Positions 1-12,230 of a DNA stretch of 33,000 nucleotides are shown here, one piece after another. The position numbers were made by a program, and so were the translations under genes. The notes beneath the pieces are model-generated. The model did not search any database. It was given only the letters and a program-made list of their open reading frames with translations, and was not told where the DNA came from. This DNA is from Ylistrum balloti. Lineage: Eukaryota. Location: NCBI RefSeq assembly GCF_031769215.1, contig NW_026782401.1:1426001-1459000 (forward strand), read 5' to 3'. Position 1 is the first letter of the stretch. Each line of letters begins with the position of its first letter.

Positions 1-1270
1 CTCGAGTGGACGATCGGTTCGGCATTGTTTGACCCCCAGATCACTGTCAGGAACTCTCCTTACACAGAGTCAAAGAAGGTCTTTTCTCGCGACCTTTGGA
101 GTTGCCGCCTTTTGTGATGACAATTTGACCTAAGTAAAGGTATCATTTATTTCCCTGACAGCGTCTTCACTGCTGTCGTTATGGGAACAATAGTGACTTG
201 TCCTGTGTGCAAGTTTTGTCCGCCCTCTACTTCACTGAAGGAGTACGGTAGTTTTAGTAGAGGAGGACGGACCAGAGGCTGACGGAAATTAATGGGCTTT
301 GTTCTTGACTTGACACCAGAATTATGGTGCCGGATTCACAGCTAGGATTCAACATGGACAATCATTACAATAAGAGGGTTATGATAACGGTAACAATGGA
401 TTTCTCTTACGTGACGTCATTCTAGGCGTCTATAATCCCGTACAACTACACGCACTTTTAAGTACATGTATCCATTCCCCTCAACCCAGTCGTTATGGAT
501 GTGCCATATACTGCAAAAGGTTATTTTTGAGTTTTTCGATTTTTCGCTAAACTTGTGAATTGAATAGAATCACGAAAAAGAAAGACATTTTTAATATAAA
601 TCCGACAAAGATAACGGCCCATTTTTTGGCTTCCGTTCACTTACATAACTTATGTTTAAAGCTTCAAACTGAGACAAGTTGAACCAATAGAAACAATATA
701 ATGTTATATACCTTATACCAAGAAAATGAGAACTGCGCAATATAGACAACCGTCAATATACAAATGTGTTTCATTATGTTTAAAGCATTATATATCTGCA
801 ATGTGAATGTGTTCTGATGTACATTTGTAAGATCATTCCACTACATAGGTTTCTAACAAACGAGGATAATGAATATATAAAGACACATTTCGAAATATCT
901 TAACTGTTCCCAGTGTCGTCGAGTTTTTTTTTCTTTTAATTATGTTTTGTATGCTATACAATTTTCAGTGCCAAAATTTCAATTAAAAAATCCAAAAGCT
1001 ATATTATTATCTGTAGACCTCATTTTAAGATACATTGCAAGTAGTAGGACTTATGGAGTCACGTTTTATTTTCAAAACAAGTCGCATGTTATGTTATTCA
1101 ATAAAGGGTTATGATTAAGGTATGATAAAATGACCCAGGCTGTTATTAGGACGAACAGTAATAATTAAAAAACTAAACCAATGTTATCTAAATAAGTTAT
1201 TTGAGAATTTACATTAACGCTTCTGTATATATCCAAATTTCTAGAGCACAAATAAAATAGTTTATCAAAG

Positions 1271-1289
1271 TTTTTTTTTTTTTTTTTTT
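1271..1289. repeat. poly(T)19 homopolymer
   Basis: 19 consecutive T read directly. Confidence 0.95.
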
Positions 1290-4200
1290 AAAGTTTCAAT
1301 AACATTTTTTTTAAATACAGAAATAACAATGCTATATCAATCAATTTACGTGGAGAATAGCTTACAAATCGAGCAACATATTTACACTCCAGTCCAAGGT
1401 TGCTCAAAGGTTATAAAACCACTTGTTAGTATAACTTTTCAATTGTTGCAAGTTAAAAATACAAGGGAGCCCAAGGCAAAATTAAAACTCCAAATATTTC
1501 AATCAAACCTGCCTCAACGAACCAACAGCTATGAAATGATAAATAATATTTCTAATTTTGTTAAAATCATGTTTTAAACTGTTCACTGACCACAGGTTAG
1601 CTGGTTATAACAACTAGGCGCAGGTTTCCAAACCCTCATGGTGTTAATTATTTATGACAATCCGCTATTGCCAAATCTAAATCACAGATATCAAGAACAT
1701 TAAAATCATTTCCTTACCTAAACATTGTAAAAGGATGACAAGTCCAAATGATTTCTGAAATTCATATAAATTCAGTTTGTTATTTTACTTGTAATTTTAA
1801 TACCTAGTTAAGAAAAAAGACATGGCCGAACTTATTTGAATCAAACAAAAGAAAATGATGTTGTACAAATTATAAACGTTGTCCATATTTTTGACTGTTT
1901 ATTGCGAAGACAGATTGAGTCACTACGGTCGGCAATATTACGACGTAAAGACATTAGTGTCGATCACTGAAAAATTCTTCCTACCTTCGGTAGCCAAATT
2001 ATTATCGAAAAGGACAACGATAAAAATATATATTGGTCCTAAAAACATGTGTGGTCAGCATTCATGTTGGTATTGGAGCCTGGCAATTATAGAGGTTAAA
2101 TCAGAAAAAAGAAATATTTTCAAGGTGGCTGTCGAATACAAGAGGGCGTTTCTGTCATAATGTTGTGTCAAGTTCTCTTGGAAAGTACCAATAAATCGTC
2201 GGGTTATGGATGTATGAGCTATAAACAAGATCAGAATTTGGGAAATCCGTTAATATGGAGAACATTAGGATAGTAAGCAGAATAACAAAGAAAGCAATAA
2301 ATGGTAAAGATACTGGATATGTTTCGGTTGGGGGATATTGATAGAGGCAGCACGGAAAACTGCTTGATTGTGATATAGATTAAAATTAGTTTCTATTTTT
2401 GAAAAACAGTTCAAAATGTCTTTCAAGATATAAACAACTTTTATCCGGTAGTTGTGCTACAGATTTGACTAGGGACAGTCGAGTTCAAGGTATATCCTAT
2501 ATTAGCGAGTTGTGTGTGGTTTTGACAGAATTATCAAGGGTGTATCTGGATAATGTTATAATGCTTCTGTCGAAAGGCAAGTATGTTTGTACATGCATTA
2601 CCTGTTTTACTAGTTTGTAATACATTTATTCCCTCAGTGTACTTCTAACCTTTACGCTAATAACATGCCACGTCTCGGCCTCCATGTGGTCCGGTGTATG
2701 AAGGGAGTACCCAATGCCCTGACAGTGTGGAAAGGACTTTTTGCAGCCAGACCTTAAACCTAATCGGAATATTTCAATTGCTGTGAATGATTTCATTAGT
2801 CTGGATGTAACATTTTAGTACCTATTAACGACCCGTATTAATCTGTGCATGAAATTTTCAATATCTGTAGCATGGTGGTTACCGTACATTTACAAGCTGG
2901 AATTTCGAGTCATGTCCATCTCATTTCTCGTGACACTTTTTCCTGCTATAATTTAAGTTTTTTTTTTCCGGGAGTGATTCTTTCTTTTCATTTAGAAAGA
3001 GGAGAGGATTATGTCGCCAATTAGATCACTTCAGATAAAACTCTCAGCAATACTGAAGGACATTTTTAGTATTATCGATTAAATCATACCGTCACCATTA
3101 GCAAACTAATTAAATGGACGTTACAGTTATTTTCAGCAGGCGGCGTCAAAGTTATACGTTGCAAATGCAATATCCTATTCGAATCTATTTGGTATAACAC
3201 CGACTGCAAAACGTTTTAGGAATGTGTAACTTTTGCCGGCCGATTTGTTATTTGCTAATGCAGTTGAACATTCGCTGTTCATTAACAGAGACGTAACCAC
3301 AAATGCATTGCAATTTTCAGACTAAGTCTAGTACAAACATAACCTAACCATTATCATTTATGTAGGATAATATTGTAAAGAAATAGTCTATATGAGAGAA
3401 TACAACATTAAAACAAACGGGATGTTTTATCTTTAGATATTTTAGACTAACAAAGTCTACATTTGTAATTTTTCACTTCCAGAATGATTTTTCGAATATG
3501 TTTTAATCACACCTTAACTGTATTCAAATTCTGTCTGACTCCTTATTGTTTGGAATCATTACAAGAACTGGGTATCAGTCATGGCTAATTTAATCAAAGC
3601 CTGCGTTCAGAAAACGCAATAAAATATACAAATTGCCCATATTACAAAAAAAAAAAAAAAGATTAAATATCGGTTATGTGTTGCATGCAAGTCTAGGAAA
3701 TAGTTTCCATATGAAACCAAGTGATCACTATTTTCTACCAACAAAAATATGTATTCGTTAAAACGTTGCTTTCTAACGAGAACATGACTATCTTACATAA
3801 AAGTTATGACATAATTTGATGTATGTGTAGGTGCAGTGTAACGTTATCCAAACATCAACCGCTTTATATATCTTGTTGCAACTTATCGAAAGCACTGGTT
3901 GCCTTCGTTTTTGTATAACGGTATTCAATTCGTTCGTAAATCCTCAATCAGAATTTCGCGTTCTGATTCATGAACACAGTCTGATTTGGTTGTCTGTCTG
4001 CAAACGTTTACGGCCAGTTAATGATTATATAGCGAGTATCCCAGAAACAAAGCGTCGAACCAGGTGACCCTTGTAGGATATTTGGCTAGCGAGTCAGTAC
4101 GTCAAGGCATCCCTAATGATCGACTTTCCGGGACAACATATGCACCTTATCTCGCGGGGGTACGTTAACGGGAGATTAGACGAGATTTGCACCTTGATCG

Positions 4201-6501
4201 GTGTGAACAACAAGAGTGCGAACAATTGGATGTCGATAAGCTAGACGTCTTAGTGGCATTGGCGGAATGGTGACGCTTGTCTCCTAAACCTCTCCACGCT
4301 TTCGAATCTTTTCTTGGCGCCAACGTTAGAAATATTCCACGAGGAAAGATTAAGCTGATTTTACTTTGATAACACTTGCCAAACTGCTCGTTTATATCTC
4401 CACTTTGCAGACGTCAGTGAAGAGAGTTCAATTTTGTCTTAGACAGCAAAACATTTGAAGCAACCATTTAGAACCAACGCTGGACCAGTTTCAAAATTTA
4501 CTTCGCGGCAGGAATATAGTTTTTCTGCTGTGGTAAAGGATGTTTTCGTATTGCCAAAATCAAGTCGAAGTAACTCGTTTTTTACGCGTTACCTTGATGT
4601 TCTTTCAGCTGAAACCGATTTCAATGATGACATAGATATTTAACTGGTTATTATGATATAGAAAGAACGAAGTTTCTTAACATTTATGTCATCACCAAAC
4701 TGGACCATATCATTGTTCATGCATTATGAATGATAAATAAAAATAAGTTTGTGAGCGGAACATTTTATTCTGCTCTGCTGTTTGAAAAAGGGAGATAAAC
4801 ATACCGTCCACACATTTCCTATTGATATGGGATTTATAAAACGAATCTAATTTTTTTTTCTTTTTTGAGAGTCAGTTAAAAATTGAAAAAAAAAATGTTG
4901 TGACGAGTTCCATAGATCACATATAAAATGGAAACAATTGATGATCCTTTGTATCTGATGATCGAGTATTCAGGCAAATATATCAGAAAGTGTTCAATTT
5001 CACGTCAAACTCTCGTCAATTTGGCTCTATGTTTATAGTCGCCATTGTTATGTCACAGTGCTGTCTGTGAGTGTAAGCTTTCATTTTATTATCTAAACAT
5101 GCGCCGTGCACAAAAATACTACACGGGCATATTCACTGGAAAACAAAGCAAGCGGGTGATAAATGAACACATACTTAAAGAAATGCACTACCAACTTTGA
5201 CAAAAAAAATTCTATTAACGTAGAATGCGATCTTCGAGAAGGCAGGCGTAAATAAGTATAAATATGTTGTGTTTAGGGAAAGTATGTCCAGTAGCTCATT
5301 AACAGTGCCATATAAATTAAATATTACAGAGAGGGAACCGTCATAGAGTCGCCATTCTCAAATCCACTCAACAAAGGGCTTCGGCTTCTTATTTTTCTCT
5401 TGACACTTATTTACGATCTTTCGTCAGCATTCCAATTTACATTCCTGCGGCAAAATGTCGTCACATGTAATTGCCGTGCGTAATAGTGCACGTGATCCTC
5501 GGTAGTTTTGAAGGGGTGACGGACAACCATGTCTGTAGCTCTTGTGTCAGACGTTGAAAAACACCCAGTCACATATATCACTTAAACCTACAATCTATTG
5601 CATTTTAATTGCTTATATTTCCCTGGATCAATTGGAGAAACTTGAGACGGAGGCTGGAAGTAATGCATACTGTGCCTTATATATGTACATTTGTGCTCTA
5701 CCTGTTCGTGTTGGAATTTTGTGGTACAAAAACACAAGGATCCATCAAGGAAACTCAATTTTGTAAAGGTCAGGAGATAAAACAGAACAAAATTAACGGC
5801 CTCCAATTTATTGTTTCGAATTTCAATAGACCAATTACCTTTTTCTGTATCCACTACGAGTATAATGTCACCTTACTCTCACCTTTTTGGGAGAATTTAG
5901 ATTGACTTCGCGTAGTACAGAAAGAGTAGGTTTTTCTGTGAAATAAATCTCTCAACCAAACATAGCGTTAACACATATCATGGACATATTTAGCGATTGC
6001 GGTTTACAGATATGAAAATAATGATAAAAAGACAAATCAAAACAAAATTGATGATTAAACATTCTATGAAAGTACCCCATTATGAAAATTCAAAATAACA
6101 AAAAAGTCATATTTCCAAAGTAATTCCTGTGTATATCCTTATTGTTATGACAGAATCGCACAAAAGTTCATAAAGTAACCAACAAAAAATCCTATCTGAA
6201 TAATGAATTAATATGATTGCCATGGATTTGAAAGTAATAAAACCGAATGTCATATTGTGTAAAACAATTGTACAAACGATGATCATATTACAAGATATGT
6301 CCACTAAACTTAATGCCATATTGTCACAGTGATTAACGCGACAGTTTTTTCGTTGATTCGAATTTTTGTTTTTTACCAAAAATTTGATCATGACAAATGT
6401 ATTCTATCTTGGAAACCATAAAATAACAAACATTCTTCCTCTGTTTTATATTTATTTATTCGTTTTATGCTATATTTTTGTGTGATTTCATTCTATCTCA
6501 G

Positions 6502-6555
6502 GAAAGCGAAAAATAAAACCTCTCGAAAATGACAGCTTTGACAGTTTCATACATG
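6502..6555 (+). other. Exon-like segment (54 nt, phase 1-1, open frame KRKIKPLENDSFDSFIH)
   Basis: Acceptor tttcattctatctcag| and consensus donor CATG|gtgagt; only one of the three frames is open. Such short segments can arise by chance. Confidence 0.2.
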
Positions 6556-7397
6556 GTGAGTCTGCATCATACAGCTGTTTCGTCCTCCTAGGATGAACAC
6601 GTTTCAGCAGACAGACGAAGTGATACTTGATATAAATTACATACATTGCAAACACGACATGAAAATAATACTTTTTCTACGTCCGCTTTGTGGACTATCA
6701 ACATAGGTATGCTTACATGAAAAGTTATGTTCACCCACTGAACTTTTTCTTGATACATGAGAGTTCGTAGAGGTTAAACGGTAAAATAGGTGGAAATTGT
6801 TCCTAATCATTTCGTACTACTAAAAACTCCTATCATATGCATGTCTACCTTTTTACATTGATACACATCTGCCTGATGATTGATTAAGCGACAAACCAAC
6901 AAAACATGAGGTGACTGCTGCACAACAAATCTGAAATAAACAGTTTGTTTAAATCTCTGCAGGTCAGGATATTGTGTGATAGAGGTCAGAATTATATTAC
7001 GCTACAGCAAGTTATGTACTTTAAGCGTCTCCGTGACGCGGATATTTGAGTACATTTTAATTAGGTTGTCAATCGTTAGAGAGTCGGCGACATATACTGG
7101 GTAAAAACTTCTTTGTTTTTGTTTAGATTCATATTTCATCATAATGATTGTGTTCGTTTACAGTACAAATTACGACACAGGATCGTAATGCACAACATTG
7201 TGCGCTCGATAAACACTACAGTGAATAGATAAATGTGTACTCCTGTCGAAACAAAACAAAACAAATCAGGGAGAAAAAAGAATCAAAAAGTAAGTTTGTT
7301 CATCATTGAATATTTGAAATAAATGTCGGTTCAGTTAATTGAAAACGTATCGATCAGTCAGAGTGTGCATTAATGACGTATCAGATGAAAGTAGGGC

Positions 7398-7500
7398 AAA
7401 ATATGAACAAAAGAAGAATGGTAATAATGGAAAAGGACATTAAGAACACATGTTCCGGAAGAGTAAGGGACTTCTGCTTTATCGCATCTAAATCGTGAAA
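7398..7500 (-). mobile_element. Solo, decayed copy of the Penelope-like element 3' tail
   Basis: Shares aaaatatgaacaaa and tgttccggaagag(t/g)aag with the tail at 11400-11520, in the same order and orientation. Confidence 0.5.
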
Positions 7501-8207
7501 ATCAAAGTAATGTCTCTTTCCATAATATCAAACTGACTTCAATTCACATCGATGAGGTTGTGACGATATATGAAAAAAGCCTTCCGATTAAAACCATTCT
7601 CAAGAAGTCATTGTCTTCTATTACCATCACGGGTACCACCGTGCACATAAAAAAGTAATGGCACACCCTCAAAGCTAGGTGTTGGGGAAGTGAAAAATGT
7701 GACACTAACAAACACTATGGCTTTTTTTCTGAAAATGCCACACAATGAAATAGAATAATCACTGAATCGCTAGCTACATATAGTATAACACTGGTTGTTG
7801 TACTACCTGTCGGGAGAGAGGTCATTATGACTGAGTGGTTGTACATTGCCTTAACAGTCCGTCTAAATGAATATCTTGTATGTAAAGACATAACAACGGT
7901 TAGTGCCAGGAAGGACAAATGACATGATGTAGGAATATAAAAAATGATGAAAAGAATGTAACGTGTCTTCCTATCGGATTTCTTAATCCCTACTTAAACT
8001 AGACTTGTTTGATGATATCATATTTATTCCAAAATTTTATCTCCTCCGATTAAAAGAAAAATAAATAGTATAAAAAATTACAATGTAATTTCGTGAAGCA
8101 ATACCCATTACAGATGAAATTTAGCCGAAGGTAGGTCAATATTTCCTCTCTATTTGTGTTCAAAATGTTAAAACATTGGATTCCATTGTTTCACAATATG
8201 AACTCAC

Positions 8208-8359
8208 GCTACTAAATTTAGCAACAGCAGGTTGATATTGTATTTTTGAAACGTCATGATTATGTCTCCCAAGACACTTCCATCTTGACGAATCACTTTA
8301 TGGTCTTTCTTAAACCTTGTGAATTCAGTCTTTACAAAACAATCAATTACTTCTTTGTT
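8208..8359 (-). other. Exon-like open frame NKEVIDCFVKTEFTRFKKDHKVIRQDGSVLGDIIMTFQKYNINLLLLNLV
   Basis: 152 nt open from acceptor ccacgttag| (weak pyrimidine tract) to donor GTAGC|gtgagt; GSV-x-x-D-x-x-x-x-F loosely resembles the SEA-domain motif. Confidence 0.25.
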
Positions 8360-11339
8360 CTAACGTGGATACCAGATGACGGGTTTGTTGTGTCAGAACT
8401 GGAATATCCAATTTATCTATGATATATATTATTCTTTGTAGAAGGAGAATTAAATGACAAGATGTAGCTCTTTCTCAAGAAAGATTGCCAGCTTCAATAA
8501 TTGACGTGACAGTCTTACTACAGCAAAACTATGACATGGTCAAACAACTCGGTAAATATTACTCGATGGTTTTAAGAATATCATTTCTTACAAGCTTCGA
8601 CACTATCTAGAGAAAAAAAGTCATGGAACAATTTATAAATTGTGTAAGATGTGCCGGGTAAACATATAGCTTGGGGCAAAACTGACTTTTTATCAATGCG
8701 TGTACAATATACAGTCTACTACCTACTGTTAATGTAGGGGATAATTAATGGATTTCTCGAACTCATGTATAGCCGGTATGAAGGTGATGTGATAAACAGT
8801 TCCAAACTACTAGATATGACAGGGTGATTAACAATCATCAATCATAGCCCTAATTGTAGCGACTTAAAAGGATCATAACATTCAAAGTTACACTAAATAT
8901 TTATCACTTAAGAATCTTAATACTGTCTAGATAATTGCGGAATCGATATACATGTCAAAACATTCCTTAATGTAAACTTTGAAATGTAATTATGTTATGG
9001 ACTCAAATTACACTAAGTGGAACATATTCCTTTTGATGATTTCATAGGATTAATAATAATTGCATTCGACATTCTACTGTGCACTAAGTCTACTATTAAG
9101 AGATATTCGATATTCTGTATCAACGTTTTTTTTCTGTTTGTGGCATGCTTGTATGACCTTGTCTGTTATCGATAATATTTGACATTCCTTACGTTGTTTA
9201 CCTTTATTTTGTATAAGACATCAAACACTTCACAATTGTGTTTGTTAGGGAGAGGTACAGGTAAATATGTGTATGTAGGGAAATGCCGCAGCACACATAC
9301 GTGTTGACGTCATCACACACAGTAGTGTCGCATTATCACGTGATGAAGCGTATTCATCAACAAATAGATAGATACCCATTTTATAGACCATTGATGACGT
9401 CGCGACAATTTATAAGTTCACAAGAAGTGCCAATCTGTTATAGGTGAAAAAATAATCAATTACTTGTGCGTTATGTCGACAGAGTTATCTCAAAACGAGA
9501 GTCAAATTTTGGAAGTTTAGCAAGGCAAGAGGCTCATTGTAAAGTAAATATTTTCAAATAAATTTATGTACTACTCTTCCTTTCCTATTTAAATTTGAAA
9601 ATAATTTGATGCCTAATGTTAGTTAAATGCTTTCCGATAGTAGTAAAGCAGATCTTTCTGCTGCATATCCTGAGTGATATTTCTTGTTATTACCCTTCGT
9701 TTAAACTGTTTGTTAACCATTGTTTAAATTTCTACAGTATTTTACATATAGCGAATAACTTTGTCTACCGGGGATATATTTACTGCTCCTTTTATACATA
9801 CCCTCCTCTAATTAGAAAGTCAGGTTTATTCCTAGTAGTGTTAAATTAACTGGCATCATTATCAAGCATTGCATTTTTTTAAAATACTAATTTTGAATAA
9901 CCACACTAACAAAAAATCAATGTTGTTATGTTTATTTATCAAACTGACATAGAATTCGTTTGCTTATCGGAGCATCACATCAAGTGCTCTTACAACTTTT
10001 ATCATCAACCCATTTGCAGTGTTTCGGCCAGCAACTCTGGCAAACTGTATCAGTGATCTAAACTGACATCAAATATCAGCTTCAGTTTTTTGGCAAAACA
10101 AAAACTCCAAAATATTGAGAAGAATTCCCGTAAATCGTCCCCATTAATCAACACTCTAACCAGCTGCTGAACGTGATTGTAGGTGAAGACAACCGGAAGT
10201 AACTCGTTTGGCCAAGGAGATAGAAAAATATATTGAGAAAAGAGCGGGAATGCATAGCACACATATTGGCGTTATAACATTACGGAAGTGAGACTTTTTT
10301 CCTCCCGCCGAGGAGTAACACCTAGACACTGAGGCGTGAAATTGACAACTCACACCGCTAACATTCATGTCAGCTGGTTATGGAAATTGATCGGGAGATC
10401 CATATCGTACATGATCGTCTAATTCATGGCGTGTCGAATTTCAGATTGGTAATACGCTGTAACCTAGAAAGCTAAAACAAGACACATGATATGATTAAAC
10501 AGCAAATGTTCTTCAAATTTGTTGACAATATCAAATAAATCTCCTTTTTATCTGATAAGATAGTCATGGTTCAAGAAAGGATAGATATTGTTGGAATTAT
10601 GTACATACAGGAATATAGATGTGAGATATTTATATACTTTGCATACAACCTAGATTTATATAGGATTTATTAAACGACTCGAAGTAATTTTATTTTATTG
10701 AGCCTCTAGCAGTCTAATGTTAAACAGATATGGCGAGTTTAATATGAAATCGAAATTGGTTAGAAACCCGATTATCCCACGATCAGTTATTTTGACCAAC
10801 ATTATAGAAACATATCAAAATTGAAGTCATATCGACTCTAGATTTATAGTTTCAACGGTAACGTCACGTTGTAATCTTCAAATACGGGACGTCATTTCCT
10901 AAAGCAAAGTATGATCACAAATAGGTCATATCAGGTCATTTAACAAGAGTTTATAAGTTAAATCTTACATGGATATATTTACTGAATAACAAAACAATTA
11001 TGTCATTGCTACAGGATCGTTAATCATTTTTCATTTTATTTGAAATGTTAAGGTAGGTTGCGAGCCTTGAGGAGTTTAATTACACCTCAAATAAAAACGA
11101 ACAAAATAAATCTAAGATACTTCTATTTTGTCACAGTATTCCAAAAGGTATCTTTTCACTTGTTTAAAGTAAAAATGCGTAGGACAAAGTCAAACGGGGA
11201 CAACCACTTGATCGCACCATTTTGAATCCGTAATATTAAGCAATTTTCCATATTATGACATCATATTGGATTTCTGACCACCGCAGCTAATGAAAACCGT
11301 AATAGGGTATATTACACTAATTATATATACACAATAAAC

Positions 11340-12230
11340 ATCAGGAAAACACCAAAATGCTAACATAATCCTAACACAAACCAAAATTTTACAAAACAGA
11401 GAAAAATATGAACAAATGAAATATTTACACGGAGACTACTGAAAAAGTACAAGGAAAATAAGACCATGTGTTCCGGAAGAGGAAGCGTCTTCTTCTTCTT
11501 CGACGACATCCGCCATGTAAACCTTGGTCAATTCAAGTAAGACATGTCACGTTCGCAAATGAGAACAAGGCATACAACATAGGAACCAACAGGCAAACCA
11601 ATGAGTATCAATCACGTCCAGCTTTGTATCACACAAAGAAATATAATATTTCTCAATGTGATCACCATAATGACCTAAAAACCTCCCCATGATTTTCATC
11701 AACCTGCATCTTTTGAAACCAATTGTTTTCTTGCACGAAATGGGAACAGGCTCCTGCACATCAAATCAACTGTGACATATAAACACCATACGTTGGTGAT
11801 GCAGGGAGGTTTCTATCCAGAAATGGACAATTCACGATAGGGAAATTGAAATGATCACGCCTATCATAAAGCCTGATTGAAAGCTATCCATGTTGGTTTT
11901 GTTGCTGTCAAAAAAGGATTGAGATAGGCGATCGATGTAGAAGATAATCTGTCCTGTCTTTGATTTCGGATTTTGGTGGTATAAACGATGGTCAATGAAT
12001 TTCTTCTTATCTAAAGACACAACGTCATCAGTCTGAACGTGAAATTAAACAAACTTCGTCTTTGTGACCCTTTTTTGATATGCTCTTCGATAAATGCAGC
12101 TGGATATGAAAACAAATACAAATCAGTCAACAAAGGGGCACAGTCAGTACTCACAGGTTTGTCTTCATTGGATAAAAGGTGGATATTGTAATAAATTGCC
12201 ATTGATCGTACAAGGTCTACAAAACAAAGT
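11340..12230 (-). mobile_element. Decayed Penelope-like retroelement: RT C-terminal half plus 3' tail (Naiad-like)
   Basis: Collinear PLE RT motifs on the minus strand across frameshifts: PVSTDCAPLLTDLYLFSY (CAPLL at 12128-12142; cf. PMGTNCAPLLADLFLY), FNFTFR/TDDVVSL (DD at 12024-12029; cf. FRYIDDVLS), LYDRRDHFNFPIVN (11831-11876), PASPTYGVYMSQLI*CAGACS (about 11745-11800), GFKRCRLMKIMGRFLGHYGDHIEKYYISL (11640-11730). These are followed by the typical bivalve PLE tail (tgttccggaagaggaagcgtcttc...catccgccatg on the plus strand, then an A-rich end). Confidence 0.85.

Noticed and set aside
507-590. Possible 5' end of a TACTGT-type MITE
   Set aside because: Only vague similarity, and no matching inverted terminus was found.
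1879-3330. Coding-like tract with several partly open frames
   Set aside because: Every frame on both strands has multiple stops, and no motif could be assigned.
5280-5900. LINE or PLE RT-like words (NYRG, SVLSPDLY, SFLD)
   Set aside because: The motifs are in the wrong order for an RT and are too short.
7715-7918. Helicase-like LYIALT in the plus frame
   Set aside because: Single short motif with no other helicase motifs nearby.
10120-10450. Mab-21-like GMHSTHIG / EVRLFSS / AEE words
   Set aside because: Requires frameshifts, the spacing is wrong, and an equally weak PLE-like reading exists on the other strand.
11761-11763. In-frame TGA in the PLE RT as selenocysteine (some clam Naiads encode selenoproteins)
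   Set aside because: It sits at a position that is normally Arg (SQLIRY), so CGA-to-TGA deamination in a frameshifted dead copy is the simpler explanation.
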